A DNA stretch of 64,000 nt. Source: Bacteroidota bacterium (GTDB lineage: Bacteria > Bacteroidota > Bacteroidia > UBA7662). Below the pieces are notes generated by a model. That model saw nothing but the letters and a program-made list of their open reading frames with translations. It was not told the DNA's origin and did no database searches. A program made the translations under genes and the position numbers. Shown piece by piece: positions 43,779-53,713 of this stretch. The stretch lies in assembly GCA_027485465.1 (NCBI GenBank), contig JAIXRA010000016.1:6-64005 (forward strand), read 5' to 3'. Every line of letters starts with the position of its first letter. Positions within the stretch are counted from its first letter, which is position 1.

Positions 43779-44081
43779 ATGCCCGGTTCTATCATGCGTC
43801 TTCTTCGGAACCGTTACGTTCTCGCGGGGCTTGCCTTTGTTTTGTGGCTCTTGTTTTTGGATGAATACAATTGGATAGGTCAGGCCAAGGTTCGCCGTGA
43901 GTGGAGGCTTCTACAGAAGCAGAAGTCCTTTTATGATTCTTCCATCCAAGTCATGACCCGAGAGAAAGCCGCTTTGGAGTCGGATACCCTTTTGTTGGAA
44001 CGATTGGCCCGCGAAAAGTACCGAATGGTCAAGCCCGGGGAATCGGTATTTTGGTTGTTGGACTCGGGGCAGGCTCTCTAA
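43779..44081 (+). CDS. ftsB: Septum formation initiator FtsB/DivIC-like protein
   Basis: 100 aa with one TM helix plus a coiled coil. The conserved eno-ftsB adjacency matches E. coli. Confidence 0.65.
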   Translation: MPGSIMRLLRNRYVLAGLAFVLWLLFLDEYNWIGQAKVRREWRLLQKQKSFYDSSIQVMTREKAALESDTLLLERLAREKYRMVKPGESVFWLLDSGQAL

Positions 44082-44082
44082 G

Positions 44083-44793
44083 TTATTCCAGGTTTTGTTT
44101 GAGTAGAAGGGCGGTGCTCATCGCTGCCACGCAGCGTTCCACACGGGGGGCAAGGTTTCTCGCGAGGCAAACTTCGCCACGGTTGATCAGCGATATTTGC
44201 CCAAGGACCCGACCGTCTTGTTCAAAACGCAATCCAGCATGGGTGGCCCCAAGCCAGCGATGGTTCCCTTCGAGGGTACGTAGGCTGTGAATTTCGATGA
44301 GAGGTTGGCCGGGAATGTCCAAATGACCGCAAAGGCTCTGTCGGCGTGTCGTGTTTTCAGGTCTAAAAAGCACAAACTCGGCGAGGGGCTCTCCGGCACT
44401 GCGAATTTCACCGGTCATTAGATGGCTGTACGACAAAGGCAAAGCGATTCTTCCCTGCCATAGCGGAACGTCGCTTTGTTTGAAACGGGCATGGGTTGTG
44501 ATCGTATCCTGTGTACCATCGCCGGCACTCTGGATGATGCGCATGCGCTGATTGGCTCCACTAAAACGAATGCGAACATTGGCTTGGTAGGAATTGACGG
44601 GGCCTCGGCGTACTTTGAGGGTGGCGTAGGGGCCGTAGGATACTTTGATTTTGAATCGGAATTGTTGACGGCCTTGCACCGGATAACAATCCGATTGACC
44701 TTGGAGACCGGGGTCCAGGGCCAGTCGGATTGGCGTGCATGAAGACGTCAGGAATACCAAGGTGGCGAACAGTAGATAGTAGAATGATTTCAT
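44083..44793 (-). CDS. Lipoprotein of unknown function
   Basis: Signal peptide plus lipobox (LTSSC). It is the last gene of the DUF62-fabG-VWA operon. Confidence 0.6.
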   Translation of the reverse strand: MKSFYYLLFATLVFLTSSCTPIRLALDPGLQGQSDCYPVQGRQQFRFKIKVSYGPYATLKVRRGPVNSYQANVRIRFSGANQRMRIIQSAGDGTQDTITTHARFKQSDVPLWQGRIALPLSYSHLMTGEIRSAGEPLAEFVLFRPENTTRRQSLCGHLDIPGQPLIEIHSLRTLEGNHRWLGATHAGLRFEQDGRVLGQISLINRGEVCLARNLAPRVERCVAAMSTALLLKQNLE

Positions 44794-44806
44794 GTTATGA
44801 ATTCAA

Positions 44807-46984
44807 TTAGATTCCTCCAAGGGCTCGTGCAAGGAGCCATTCAGCCCCTAACAACAGCGAAACAAGAACCCAAAACCAAATGGATCGTAACCAAGGGCTT
44901 GAGACCAAGCTTAGGCTGCTTTCGGATCGGATGGTCGGATGTTTTTTTATTTTTTGGCTTAGTTGATTCAGGGCCACGGCGCGTGATTTCGCATCCCATG
45001 CATCCATGCGCAGATAGGTCCCGCCGCTCTGCTTCGCTAGGTTCTGGAGCAAGGCGTGGTCACCGGGTTCGCCAGGGTTTTCGAGTCCAAAGGATTGCAC
45101 AGCCAAAACTCCGTTCTTTACGAGAGGCAGTCCGTTGGCGGAGGTGGTGGCGGTGTATCGGTAGGTGCCGGCTTCTAACCGACCCAAATCAAGGCGGTAC
45201 CCCAAACCGTCCGGGACCATGGCGGCATCCCGGACCAGGCGATCCTTTTGAAAAAGTTGAAGTCGTAGGGTGCTTTGGTTGTCAAATTCACCCTGTGCAT
45301 TGCGCAGGCTGCCCTCAAGCAGGACCGGTTGTGTTTCGTTAAAGAAGGGACGAACAGGTCGAATTTCCAGTCCTTCGGAGGCCTGCCCACCCAACAGCAG
45401 AGAAACGGTGTTAAGAACAAGGCTCTCTAAGGGGGTCGTCGCGACCGAACCATTTATTCCGGACCGATGATCGGAATCCATGGCCAATCGCCAACGCCAC
45501 AAGCCCTCGCCCCAGAGGTAGGCCCGGGTAGGGCGGCTTCGGTATTCCACAACCCACAAGGGTCGTTGGGTGACAACACGATCCTTTTGTTGGTACAAGA
45601 GGGTTGTTCCGACCGGGGATTCGATAGGGCCCAGAGAAGGGGTGGTTAACGGAGGGAGACGGCGAATTCCCTCAGCGAGTTGCACCCCGGGTAGGAAGGC
45701 ATTCCAACGATCATTAAGAACGGGGAGAACCTGAACCATCGGAACCGAGGCGGTGGGTCGCCCCTCCGGCCACCCTTTCCAATCGCTGGCCGCTCCACCC
45801 ATCCACCAAAGCGGTTGGCCCTTTTGTTGAATTTTTTGGAGGAGGTCGGCTTCGCCGGGTTCGGGGTTGGCCGAAGGCCATTGATGCCAGATATAAAGGT
45901 CTGCCGAGGGGTCCGCAACGGCTTTGCGCAAGCCTGCCAGACCATACTCCAATTGCACGACATGATTTTTGGTTTGTTCCAAGACGCTCCGCAGGACCCC
46001 CAAGTCCGGGTGCGGGGCTTTGGCTAGCAAAAGGAGGCGCTTTTTGGTCCGAACGGCTTCCACAAAGGCCAGCTTTTCTGGACTATCCAGGACCTTGCCC
46101 GGTCCAGAGGCGCCGCTGATGCTTCGGCCTCTGAATCGAATCGCATACAGGCCTTCTTCGCCAATTGAAATTTTGAAAGTAAGGTTTTGTTGAAAGGAGC
46201 CTGCTCCCGGTTGCCAAACACGGCGCTCAGCAAGGATAGGTGGGGACGAACCAGCCGAAACCAAGGCCTCGACTTGCAATGTTTGGCCGGTCATGTGATG
46301 GCCTCGTACAGGGATTTCGATTTCCAAATCGCTGTGAGCTTCGACGCGATCGGGAACGGACGGAGAACCGAGGGTCCATGTAGGTAGTTGGCCTTGGTCT
46401 GGCCCACATCCCAACGTCAAGACCGGACTTTGATAGTTTGCAAAAAAGGAACGCGGTTCGACCCCCATGTTAAACAGCCCATCGCTGACGAGGACCCAGG
46501 CAGCGATGCTTTCCAATCCCGCTTGGTCCGAGGTCCAATGGGCCAGGGGTTCGGTGGATGTTAGGCTTTGGTCCAAGTGGACCGAACCGGGTTGGGATGG
46601 GTTCAGTCGGTCGGCCCCTGCTCCAAATCCAACCACATCAATTCGATGGGTTCCTCGAAGTTTTTGGGTGAATTCCAAAGCAAATGAACGCAAACCTTCG
46701 GCGCTGACGCCGGGGCGGTTCATGGACTGACTTTGGTCCAAGGCCAAGACGATCAGTGGCGATTGAACGATTCGTTCTTCCCGAATCCAGGTGGGATCAA
46801 AACAGAGCAGAACCAGCAAAAAAACCGCCAATCCGCGCAAAATCCCAAGGAACAATCGGGCCTTTCTCGAAGGTTGGTTGGGTAAAGGGCGCCCATGTTT
46901 TGCCCAAGCCCAGGCCAAGCCTGCAGCGGCGGACAATGGCAGTACCCATAAAGGGGAACCCCATCCCAGTTCGAGATATCCCAT
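44807..46984 (-). CDS. Large membrane protein with a BatA_N-like N-terminal anchor, VWA domain and C-terminal TM helix
   Basis: N-terminal TM region, a DxSxS MIDAS-like motif (LALDQSQSMN), 725 aa, and a C-terminal hydrophobic helix. Confidence 0.55.
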   Translation of the reverse strand: MGYLELGWGSPLWVLPLSAAAGLAWAWAKHGRPLPNQPSRKARLFLGILRGLAVFLLVLLCFDPTWIREERIVQSPLIVLALDQSQSMNRPGVSAEGLRSFALEFTQKLRGTHRIDVVGFGAGADRLNPSQPGSVHLDQSLTSTEPLAHWTSDQAGLESIAAWVLVSDGLFNMGVEPRSFFANYQSPVLTLGCGPDQGQLPTWTLGSPSVPDRVEAHSDLEIEIPVRGHHMTGQTLQVEALVSAGSSPPILAERRVWQPGAGSFQQNLTFKISIGEEGLYAIRFRGRSISGASGPGKVLDSPEKLAFVEAVRTKKRLLLLAKAPHPDLGVLRSVLEQTKNHVVQLEYGLAGLRKAVADPSADLYIWHQWPSANPEPGEADLLQKIQQKGQPLWWMGGAASDWKGWPEGRPTASVPMVQVLPVLNDRWNAFLPGVQLAEGIRRLPPLTTPSLGPIESPVGTTLLYQQKDRVVTQRPLWVVEYRSRPTRAYLWGEGLWRWRLAMDSDHRSGINGSVATTPLESLVLNTVSLLLGGQASEGLEIRPVRPFFNETQPVLLEGSLRNAQGEFDNQSTLRLQLFQKDRLVRDAAMVPDGLGYRLDLGRLEAGTYRYTATTSANGLPLVKNGVLAVQSFGLENPGEPGDHALLQNLAKQSGGTYLRMDAWDAKSRAVALNQLSQKIKKHPTIRSESSLSLVSSPWLRSIWFWVLVSLLLGAEWLLARALGGI

Positions 46985-46995
46985 GGTCTAAAGGC

Positions 46996-47754
46996 CTAGG
47001 CGGGATCCAGTCCCCCGCAGACATTCCAACATTGCCCGGTGACATAGGAGGCCCGATCCGATGCCAAGAAAGCAATGACTTCAGCCACTTCATCAACGGT
47101 TCCGGGTCGGCCCAGCGGGATTTTGGCATTCCAAGCCTCCGAAACGGCCGGATCCAATTGACCGGTCATTTCGGTTTCGATGTAACCGGGTGCGACTGCA
47201 TTGCATCGAATGTTACGAGATCCCAATTCGCGAGCCAAGGATTGGGTGAAGGCAATGACGCCTGCCTTGGAGGCGGAGTAATTGCTTTGACCTGCGTTCC
47301 CACCGCGTCCGACCACCGACGATAGATTGATGATGCTGCCTTTGCGGTTTTTCATGAGGTGGCGAACGGCATGTTTGCACACGTTGAAGACGGATTTGAG
47401 GTTGTTATCCATCACCTGATCCCATTGTTCTTCGGTCATTCGAATCAACAATTGATCCCTCGTAATACCCGCGTTGTTCACGATGATTTCAAGTCCTCCA
47501 AAATCTGCGAGGATTTGTTCAATCAATTTTTCGGCTTGGGCATAATCAGCGGCATCCGAGGCGTAAGCCCGGGCCCGAACCCCCATGGCCTGCAATTCCT
47601 TTTCGAGTTCCAGGGCCGATTGTTGGGAGGATTTGTAGGTAAAAGCAATGTCGGCGCCCTGAGAAGCCAACTTGCGGGCGATGCCCATGCCAATCCCCCG
47701 ACTTCCGCCGGTGACCAGGGCTATTTTGCCTTGAAGTAGTGTAGTTGTATTCAT
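46996..47754 (-). CDS. fabG: 3-oxoacyl-[ACP] reductase-like short-chain dehydrogenase
   Basis: GKIALVTGGSRGIG cofactor motif, NNAG, and the S..YxxxK catalytic triad. It is highly FabG-like. Confidence 0.8.
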   Translation of the reverse strand: MNTTTLLQGKIALVTGGSRGIGMGIARKLASQGADIAFTYKSSQQSALELEKELQAMGVRARAYASDAADYAQAEKLIEQILADFGGLEIIVNNAGITRDQLLIRMTEEQWDQVMDNNLKSVFNVCKHAVRHLMKNRKGSIINLSSVVGRGGNAGQSNYSASKAGVIAFTQSLARELGSRNIRCNAVAPGYIETEMTGQLDPAVSEAWNAKIPLGRPGTVDEVAEVIAFLASDRASYVTGQCWNVCGGLDPA

Positions 47755-47786
47755 GGGTCCAAAGATAAACCAGCCAAAGGCTCCTG

Positions 47787-48647
47787 TCAGGAGCGTTCAA
47801 TCATCACTTGGTCCTGAACCCTCAGCCCCAGCAAGGTCTCGGCATGGTTGTTATTCAGAGCAATTTCGAGGTAACCGATGGCGTTGTAAAGCAGCGTAAG
47901 GTGCTGCCCTTCCACGGCATGGTAATGGCCTTGAATCCGGTCGCTGCGGTTTTCGTGTCGTAGGTTGGAGCGAAGCAGTACCTCGAAGGGTCGATCGGCC
48001 ACAAAGGCTTCGACGGTCCCTTGGTCCAAATTGGTATGCAGGTTGCCGTAACTATCCGCATAGAGGACCCGACCATGCAAGACCCCGTCTTGTTCAAAAA
48101 CTTTGTCGAGCCACATTCCGGTGGGATCCGAAACGGGTTCCTGCCATGGCTCAGGGGCTTTCGTTCGGGAAGGGTCTTGGCCCAAGGCATGGATGAGCAT
48201 ACCCAAGGGCCCGTCCAGCCAATCCAACAAAGCAAAGCCTGCATTCGGTCGGGATACCGTTAAAGGGTAACGTTGTACCAGGGGGGATTCGTCGCGGTCC
48301 ACCAAGAGGGGCAGGAGGCCTTGATCCGGCAAGGCAAACCAATGGCCCTGGTAACGGACCACGATAAACGAAGGCCAAGGGTTTTCTTGATTCTTGCTGC
48401 GATAGCCAACATCCAACAAATGCACCGTACCCGGTGGAAAAAAAGGGAAGGCGGTTTTGAGGACATAAACAGCCTCAACCAAGTCATACTTGCTAATATT
48501 GTGTGAAATATCTTCGGTTCGCCAATGCGGAAACCTGCTCAACAATCGCCCTCTCAGCATCGCGACATAAGGATCGCGCAGTCCGTAATCAGTGGTGAGG
48601 GTGAGAAGTGGCATGGGGAGAGCTAAGCAAGCGAAGACCGACCTCAA
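47787..48647 (-). CDS. SAM hydroxide adenosyltransferase family protein (DUF62; fluorinase/chlorinase/SAM hydrolase superfamily)
   Basis: LTLTTDYGLRDPYV N-terminal motif, DISHN, and C-terminal GNLHTN / LLYNAIGYLEIALN blocks align with SalL/FlA/PH0463-type enzymes. The true start may be the internal Met at 48614. Confidence 0.72.
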   Translation of the reverse strand: MRSVFACLALPMPLLTLTTDYGLRDPYVAMLRGRLLSRFPHWRTEDISHNISKYDLVEAVYVLKTAFPFFPPGTVHLLDVGYRSKNQENPWPSFIVVRYQGHWFALPDQGLLPLLVDRDESPLVQRYPLTVSRPNAGFALLDWLDGPLGMLIHALGQDPSRTKAPEPWQEPVSDPTGMWLDKVFEQDGVLHGRVLYADSYGNLHTNLDQGTVEAFVADRPFEVLLRSNLRHENRSDRIQGHYHAVEGQHLTLLYNAIGYLEIALNNNHAETLLGLRVQDQVMIERS

Positions 48648-48720
48648 ATTTATTCCATAGCCACCAAAGCCACGCCTTTTGCCTCACCCTAACGAACCAA
48701 AGGAATTTGATATAGCCGGA

Positions 48721-49668
48721 ATGGATCCCCTGGGATTCTACGGAGCGGGTAATACCCGTCAGGATCGTATGCAAGCAGCTTTTCCGGAGCTCAAGATGAC
48801 ACTTCGAGGGAGTCGCCTGCTCTTGGAGGGGAACGATCAAGTCATGAACCGTTTTCAGGTATTGTGGGAGCGTTTGTTACGGCAATGCAGCTTGGCCAAC
48901 GGTTTTCTGAGTGATGATGCCTTCAACGAAGCCATGGCCGGGCTGGAATCCCGTCAGCGCACCGAAACCACGGGCTTTGAGACCACCTCCAAAACTATCT
49001 TGGTGCACGGCCCCAACGGTCTCATCGTACGGGCGCGCACCCCAAACCAACAGCGCATGGTGGATGCCATGGAACGTTGTGATTTGTTGTTTGCCTTGGG
49101 TCCGGCGGGTTCCGGCAAAACCTACACCGCGGTGGCCCTCGCCGTCCGTTCCCTCAAAAACAAAGAGGTGCGAAAAATCATTCTGACCCGCCCGGCCGTG
49201 GAGGCCGGTGAGAGTTTGGGCTTCCTGCCCGGTGATCTCAAAGAAAAAGTGGATCCCTACCTGCGCCCCCTTTACGATGCCCTCGAAGATATGTTACCAC
49301 CCCAGAGGCTGGCCAAGTACCTGGAGGAGGGCATCATCGAAGTGGCTCCTTTGGCTTTTATGCGGGGTCGGACCTTGGACAAAGCCTTTGTGATTCTGGA
49401 CGAGGCGCAGAACTGCACCCCCACCCAGCTCAAAATGTTTTTGACTCGTATGGGTCCATCTGCTCGATTTATTGTTACGGGCGATTTGACCCAGGTTGAT
49501 TTGCCAACCCGAATGGTCTCAGGCCTGGGCCCCACCCTTCAAGTCCTCAAAGGTCTGCAGGGGATTGCCGTGGTTGAACTGAACGAAACCGATGTGGTCC
49601 GCCACCCCCTTGTCAAAACCATTGTTCAAGCCTACCAAAACCAAAACCAAAACAACGGTCATGCCTAA
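48721..49668 (+). CDS. phoH: PhoH-like ATPase
   Basis: P-loop [14 protein letters not shown] Walker B, and a PhoH N-domain. The start is ambiguous; a TTG at 48679 would also be in frame. Confidence 0.85.
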   Translation: MDPLGFYGAGNTRQDRMQAAFPELKMTLRGSRLLLEGNDQVMNRFQVLWERLLRQCSLANGFLSDDAFNEAMAGLESRQRTETTGFETTSKTILVHGPNGLIVRARTPNQQRMVDAMERCDLLFALGPAGSGKTYTAVALAVRSLKNKEVRKIILTRPAVEAGESLGFLPGDLKEKVDPYLRPLYDALEDMLPPQRLAKYLEEGIIEVAPLAFMRGRTLDKAFVILDEAQNCTPTQLKMFLTRMGPSARFIVTGDLTQVDLPTRMVSGLGPTLQVLKGLQGIAVVELNETDVVRHPLVKTIVQAYQNQNQNNGHA

Positions 49669-50623
49669 TTCCTTCCCTCAAGCGCCGATTCAATTACCCG
49701 GTATGACCGGCTTCTACCGGGGCAAGGTCCGGGATGTTTATTTCTTGGAAGAAGGTCGATTGGTGATGGTTGCCTCGGATCGTATTTCGGCCTTTGACGT
49801 GGTCCTGCCCGCGGCCATTCCCCGCAAAGGGGAGGTGCTCAACCGTACCGCCGCGTATTTTCTCGAAAAAACCAGGGATTTGGTACCTAACTGGCTGATC
49901 AGCAGCCCGCACCCTCGTGTTTCCTACGGTTACCGCGCCGAACCTGTCGCGGTGGAGATGGTGGTCCGTGGTTACCTGTCCGGGCATGCCTGGCGTTGTT
50001 ACAGGGACGGTGCCCGAACCCTCTGCGGGGTTCCGCTACCGGACGGTTTGCGGGAGTCTGACCCGTTGGGTGCGCCGATCATCACGCCCACCACCAAAGC
50101 ATCCCAAGGCCATGATCAAGACATTTCCCGGGAACAGATTTTGGAACAAGGGCTGGTCAGTGAAGAACATTACCGCACGATGGAGCAATACGCCCTGGCC
50201 TTGTTTGAACGCGGTTCCAAGATGGCTTTGGAGCGTGGTTTGATTTTGGTGGATACCAAATACGAGTTTGGCCTTTTGGACGGAAAAGTCATCTTGATGG
50301 ACGAAGTGCATACCCCCGATTCGTCCCGTTACTTCTACGCAGAGCCCTACCGGGAATTGCAAGAAACCGGCCAACCCCAACAGCAGTTGTCCAAAGAATT
50401 TGTTCGTCAGTGGCTTATTGTCCATGGTTTTCAGGGTTTACCCGGACAACAAATACCGCCCATGACCCCGGAGTGGGTTGAACAGATCAGTGCCCGATAC
50501 CAAGAATTGTACCATCAATTGACCGGCCAAGACCTGGGCCCTTCGGATGCTCTGCAAGTTGGCCTGGAACCCACCGATTGGGTCGATGATTTTTTGGACT
50601 ATCGTCGAACCCTCGGTCTCTAA
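49661..50623 (+). CDS. purC: Phosphoribosylaminoimidazole-succinocarboxamide (SAICAR) synthase
   Basis: [30 protein letters not shown] is diagnostic. The ATG at 49661 overlaps the phoH stop. Confidence 0.88.
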   Translation: MPNSFPQAPIQLPGMTGFYRGKVRDVYFLEEGRLVMVASDRISAFDVVLPAAIPRKGEVLNRTAAYFLEKTRDLVPNWLISSPHPRVSYGYRAEPVAVEMVVRGYLSGHAWRCYRDGARTLCGVPLPDGLRESDPLGAPIITPTTKASQGHDQDISREQILEQGLVSEEHYRTMEQYALALFERGSKMALERGLILVDTKYEFGLLDGKVILMDEVHTPDSSRYFYAEPYRELQETGQPQQQLSKEFVRQWLIVHGFQGLPGQQIPPMTPEWVEQISARYQELYHQLTGQDLGPSDALQVGLEPTDWVDDFLDYRRTLGL

Positions 50624-51555
50624 CGAACGCGGGTAAAGCTCCCGATATGCCTTTCGATTTTGGAGGGGTTGATGTCGGCAATGGTTACCAAGATCCCGGC
50701 TTCATCCACCCGACCAAAAGCGGCGTTGTGGGCAAAGCCAAAATACCTCATCGTCGAGGACAAGTTCATATAGGCTGGGAAGAGAGGCGGAACCCGGGTT
50801 CCCCAATCGAGGGTTTTTTTGTGGAGCAGGGCCAAGGCTTTTTCGTAATCCAATCCGGCCCAGATTTCCTTGAACGCGTCGGCTTGGGAAAGATCCAGGG
50901 CAAATTCTTGGCGGGGGAGTACCCATCCGTCGGGGTCGGTAAAGAAATGATTCAAGAAACTGTGAAGGCCAACCAGGGCCTCGTGGGGGTAATCCTCAAA
51001 GACCGTGACTTTGCCGTAGAGATAACGGATATCTTCCCTGACCACGGACAAGGCCCCCAATCCATCCCACAGATTGTCCAAGGCAAAGATGCCTTTGCGA
51101 TAGGGGCCTTCGGGTTGGTAATCCGGAGCCACAAAAGCCCGACCCAATTCGAGGGTGTAGGGTAACACATGGTTGCAAAAATCCGGGCTGAATGAAAAAA
51201 TGGAATTCGACGAAAGTCGAAAAACCCCCTGGGCATCCGGTCCCGTTTTGCGGCATTCCACAAAGCGGTAGGCGGCCATGATTTGCCGATTTTCGGGGTC
51301 CCAAACCAGCAATTGTTCGTAGCCATCGGGTTCCATGTCGTAGGCATCCAGATCGCAGGCTTTGCCGGTCCCTCCGCCTTCGGCCCGAAAACAGAGCTCC
51401 CGCAGACGGCCGATTTCCTGAAGGCAGGCCGGTGCATTGTCTGCATTGACCACGTAGAGAAGGTTGTTCCCTTTGTTGGTGGTGCGTAGCAGGCGTTCAG
51501 GCAACAACTCTGCTTCGATCACTGCGGGGTCTTGGGCGTTAATGAGCGTCTGCAT
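50620..51555 (-). CDS. Hemolysin-like GNAT N-acyltransferase (OlsB/GlsB family), candidate lipoamino-acid N-acyltransferase
   Basis: ~310 aa with the OlsB-type acyl-ACP N-acyltransferase fold signature, immediately downstream of a PlsC-like acyltransferase. Confidence 0.55.
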   Translation of the reverse strand: MQTLINAQDPAVIEAELLPERLLRTTNKGNNLLYVVNADNAPACLQEIGRLRELCFRAEGGGTGKACDLDAYDMEPDGYEQLLVWDPENRQIMAAYRFVECRKTGPDAQGVFRLSSNSIFSFSPDFCNHVLPYTLELGRAFVAPDYQPEGPYRKGIFALDNLWDGLGALSVVREDIRYLYGKVTVFEDYPHEALVGLHSFLNHFFTDPDGWVLPRQEFALDLSQADAFKEIWAGLDYEKALALLHKKTLDWGTRVPPLFPAYMNLSSTMRYFGFAHNAAFGRVDEAGILVTIADINPSKIERHIGSFTRVR

Positions 51556-52378
51556 GGGGATTTTTTGCGGGCTTGGCTGGGTCTAGGCTGTAAACAAGGG
51601 AACGAACGCGCTCGGTCCAAGCGGCATCTCCTTCGCCATTGGATAGGCTTTCAGGCTGCAGGGGCGGACCAAGGTGCAGGGTAACTCGGGTGCCGCGCAG
51701 GCGGTACATTTCATCCGGCAATAGGATCATTTCTATGTTGGCTTTGATTCCTAATCGCTTACGCCAAGTATAGGTTTTATAAAATCGTTCCGACAAACGT
51801 CCTTCAATGAACAAAGGAATCAAGGGAATCTGGTTTTTGCGCGCAAGGGTAATGGCTGTTTTTTTCCAAGCCAAATCACCGATTGCTCCGTCATGCCGAC
51901 GCGAAACTAAACCGGATGGAAAGATAATGATTCCGTAACCGGAAGCAATTTTGTCCTTTAGGTTGGCGAGGTTTTCCTTCGACTGACGGCCGTGTTTATT
52001 AACAGGAATAAAAAGTCCTTCCAAGGGCTGAACCTGCATGATGATATCGTTGCTAAGGGACGCAAAACGATCCCTCACTTTTCCAATGACATCGTAGATC
52101 GCTAGGCCATCCAATCCTCCAAGGGGATGATTGGCTACCAAAACAAAAGGCCCTTGAACCGGTAGATGCTCCAGACCCTTGACAGCAACGCTCACCCCAA
52201 AATGCCGGAGCACCTCCCTGGCAAAGGGTAAATTCCGTAGGTGACCGTATTCAGCTAGAAAACGGTTGATTTCGTCTTGGTGTATTAAGCGTTCGAGGGC
52301 CTTAAACAGCCAAGACGGTATCCAGCGGGCCAGCCCGGGGTTCTTGGCCTGGAAGGCCGCACGCAGGTTGATTTTCAT
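51539..52378 (-). CDS. Lysophospholipid / 1-acyl-sn-glycerol-3-phosphate acyltransferase family protein (PlsC/OlsA/GlsA-like)
   Basis: HX4D acyltransferase motif (VANHPLGGLDG) and FPSG block. It overlaps the downstream N-acyltransferase by 17 nt. Confidence 0.6.
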   Translation of the reverse strand: MKINLRAAFQAKNPGLARWIPSWLFKALERLIHQDEINRFLAEYGHLRNLPFAREVLRHFGVSVAVKGLEHLPVQGPFVLVANHPLGGLDGLAIYDVIGKVRDRFASLSNDIIMQVQPLEGLFIPVNKHGRQSKENLANLKDKIASGYGIIIFPSGLVSRRHDGAIGDLAWKKTAITLARKNQIPLIPLFIEGRLSERFYKTYTWRKRLGIKANIEMILLPDEMYRLRGTRVTLHLGPPLQPESLSNGEGDAAWTERVRSLVYSLDPAKPAKNPHADAH

Positions 52379-52394
52379 AGCCCCTTAGGCCTCT

Positions 52395-53666
52395 TTAGGT
52401 GGCGAACAATGGGAAGGTGGGGGCAAAGGCTTTGACTTCCTTTCCAACCGCTTCGGCGACCGAGGGATCCTGGTGTTGACGAATAACACGGTCAATCCAA
52501 TCGGCTATTTTTTCCATATCCACTTCATTCATACCCCTCGTGGTCACAGCGGCTGTACCCAAGCGAATACCGCTGGTCACCATCGGGGAAGCGGTATCAA
52601 AGGGGACCATGTTTTTGTTGATGGTGATATGGGCCCTTCCCAAGGCCTGCTCGGCTTGCTTTCCTGTGCATGATTTGTTACGAAGATCAATCAGCATGAG
52701 GTGGTTGTCTGTCCCCCCGGAAATGAGTTGGTAACCTCGATTCACCATCGCTGTTGCCAAGGCCTGGGCGTTCCGACGGACCCGTACGGTGTATTCCTTG
52801 AAGGAGGGAAGCAAGGCCTCACCAAACGCAACGGCTTTGGCCGCTATAATATGTTCCAAAGGTCCTCCCTGGGTTCCTGGGAAAACGCCGGAATCCAAAA
52901 GCGATGATAGCGAACGCAATTCGCCCTTGGGGTTACGTAGATTCCAAGGATTGGGTAGGTCTTCGCCCATCATAATGATGCCGCCCCGTGGACCCCGAAG
53001 GGTTTTGTGGGTGGTGGAGGTTACGATATGGCAATGCGGAAAGGGATGGTTCAACAATCCCGTAGCGATCAAACCGGAAGGATGGGAGATATCTGCCATT
53101 AACAGAGCACCAACTTCATCAGCAATCCGTCGAAGACGTGCATAATCCCAATCCCTGGGATAGGCGGATGCCCCGCAAATGATGAGCTTTGGCTGTACTG
53201 CTTTGGCTTTTTCGGCCACTCGGTCCCAATCGATGCAGCCTGTTTCTTGTTCCACCCCGTAGAAATGGGCCTTGTAAAGTTTGCCGGAGTAATTCACGGG
53301 TGAACCGTGGGTCAAGTGCCCTCCGTGGCTGAGATCAAAGCCCAAAATGGCGTCGCCCGGTTGGAGCACGGCCAGCATAACAGCCGCGTTGGCCTGGGCC
53401 CCCGAATGGGGTTGGACATTGGCCCAGCCCGCCCCAAAAAGTTGGCAAAGCCGGTCGATGGCTATTTGCTCGATTTGGTCAACAATTTCGCAACCACCGT
53501 AGTATCGTTTTCCGGGAAGGCCTTCAGCGTATTTATTGGTTAAAATGGAACCGGCCGCCTCCATGACCTGATCGGAGACATAATTTTCGGAAGCAATCAA
53601 TTCAAGGCCAACGCGTTGGCGTTCTTCTTCGGCTTGGATAAGGTCCGCCAAGAGGGTGTCGTTCAT
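52395..53666 (-). CDS. glyA: Serine hydroxymethyltransferase
   Basis: Full-length SHMT with the PLP lysine motif (..[12 protein letters not shown]..). Confidence 0.95.
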   Translation of the reverse strand: MNDTLLADLIQAEEERQRVGLELIASENYVSDQVMEAAGSILTNKYAEGLPGKRYYGGCEIVDQIEQIAIDRLCQLFGAGWANVQPHSGAQANAAVMLAVLQPGDAILGFDLSHGGHLTHGSPVNYSGKLYKAHFYGVEQETGCIDWDRVAEKAKAVQPKLIICGASAYPRDWDYARLRRIADEVGALLMADISHPSGLIATGLLNHPFPHCHIVTSTTHKTLRGPRGGIIMMGEDLPNPWNLRNPKGELRSLSSLLDSGVFPGTQGGPLEHIIAAKAVAFGEALLPSFKEYTVRVRRNAQALATAMVNRGYQLISGGTDNHLMLIDLRNKSCTGKQAEQALGRAHITINKNMVPFDTASPMVTSGIRLGTAAVTTRGMNEVDMEKIADWIDRVIRQHQDPSVAEAVGKEVKAFAPTFPLFAT

Positions 53667-53713
53667 AGGGGTCGTTAAAAGGTCTTAGGAAGCGGAATCT
53701 ATAAATGGATTGG

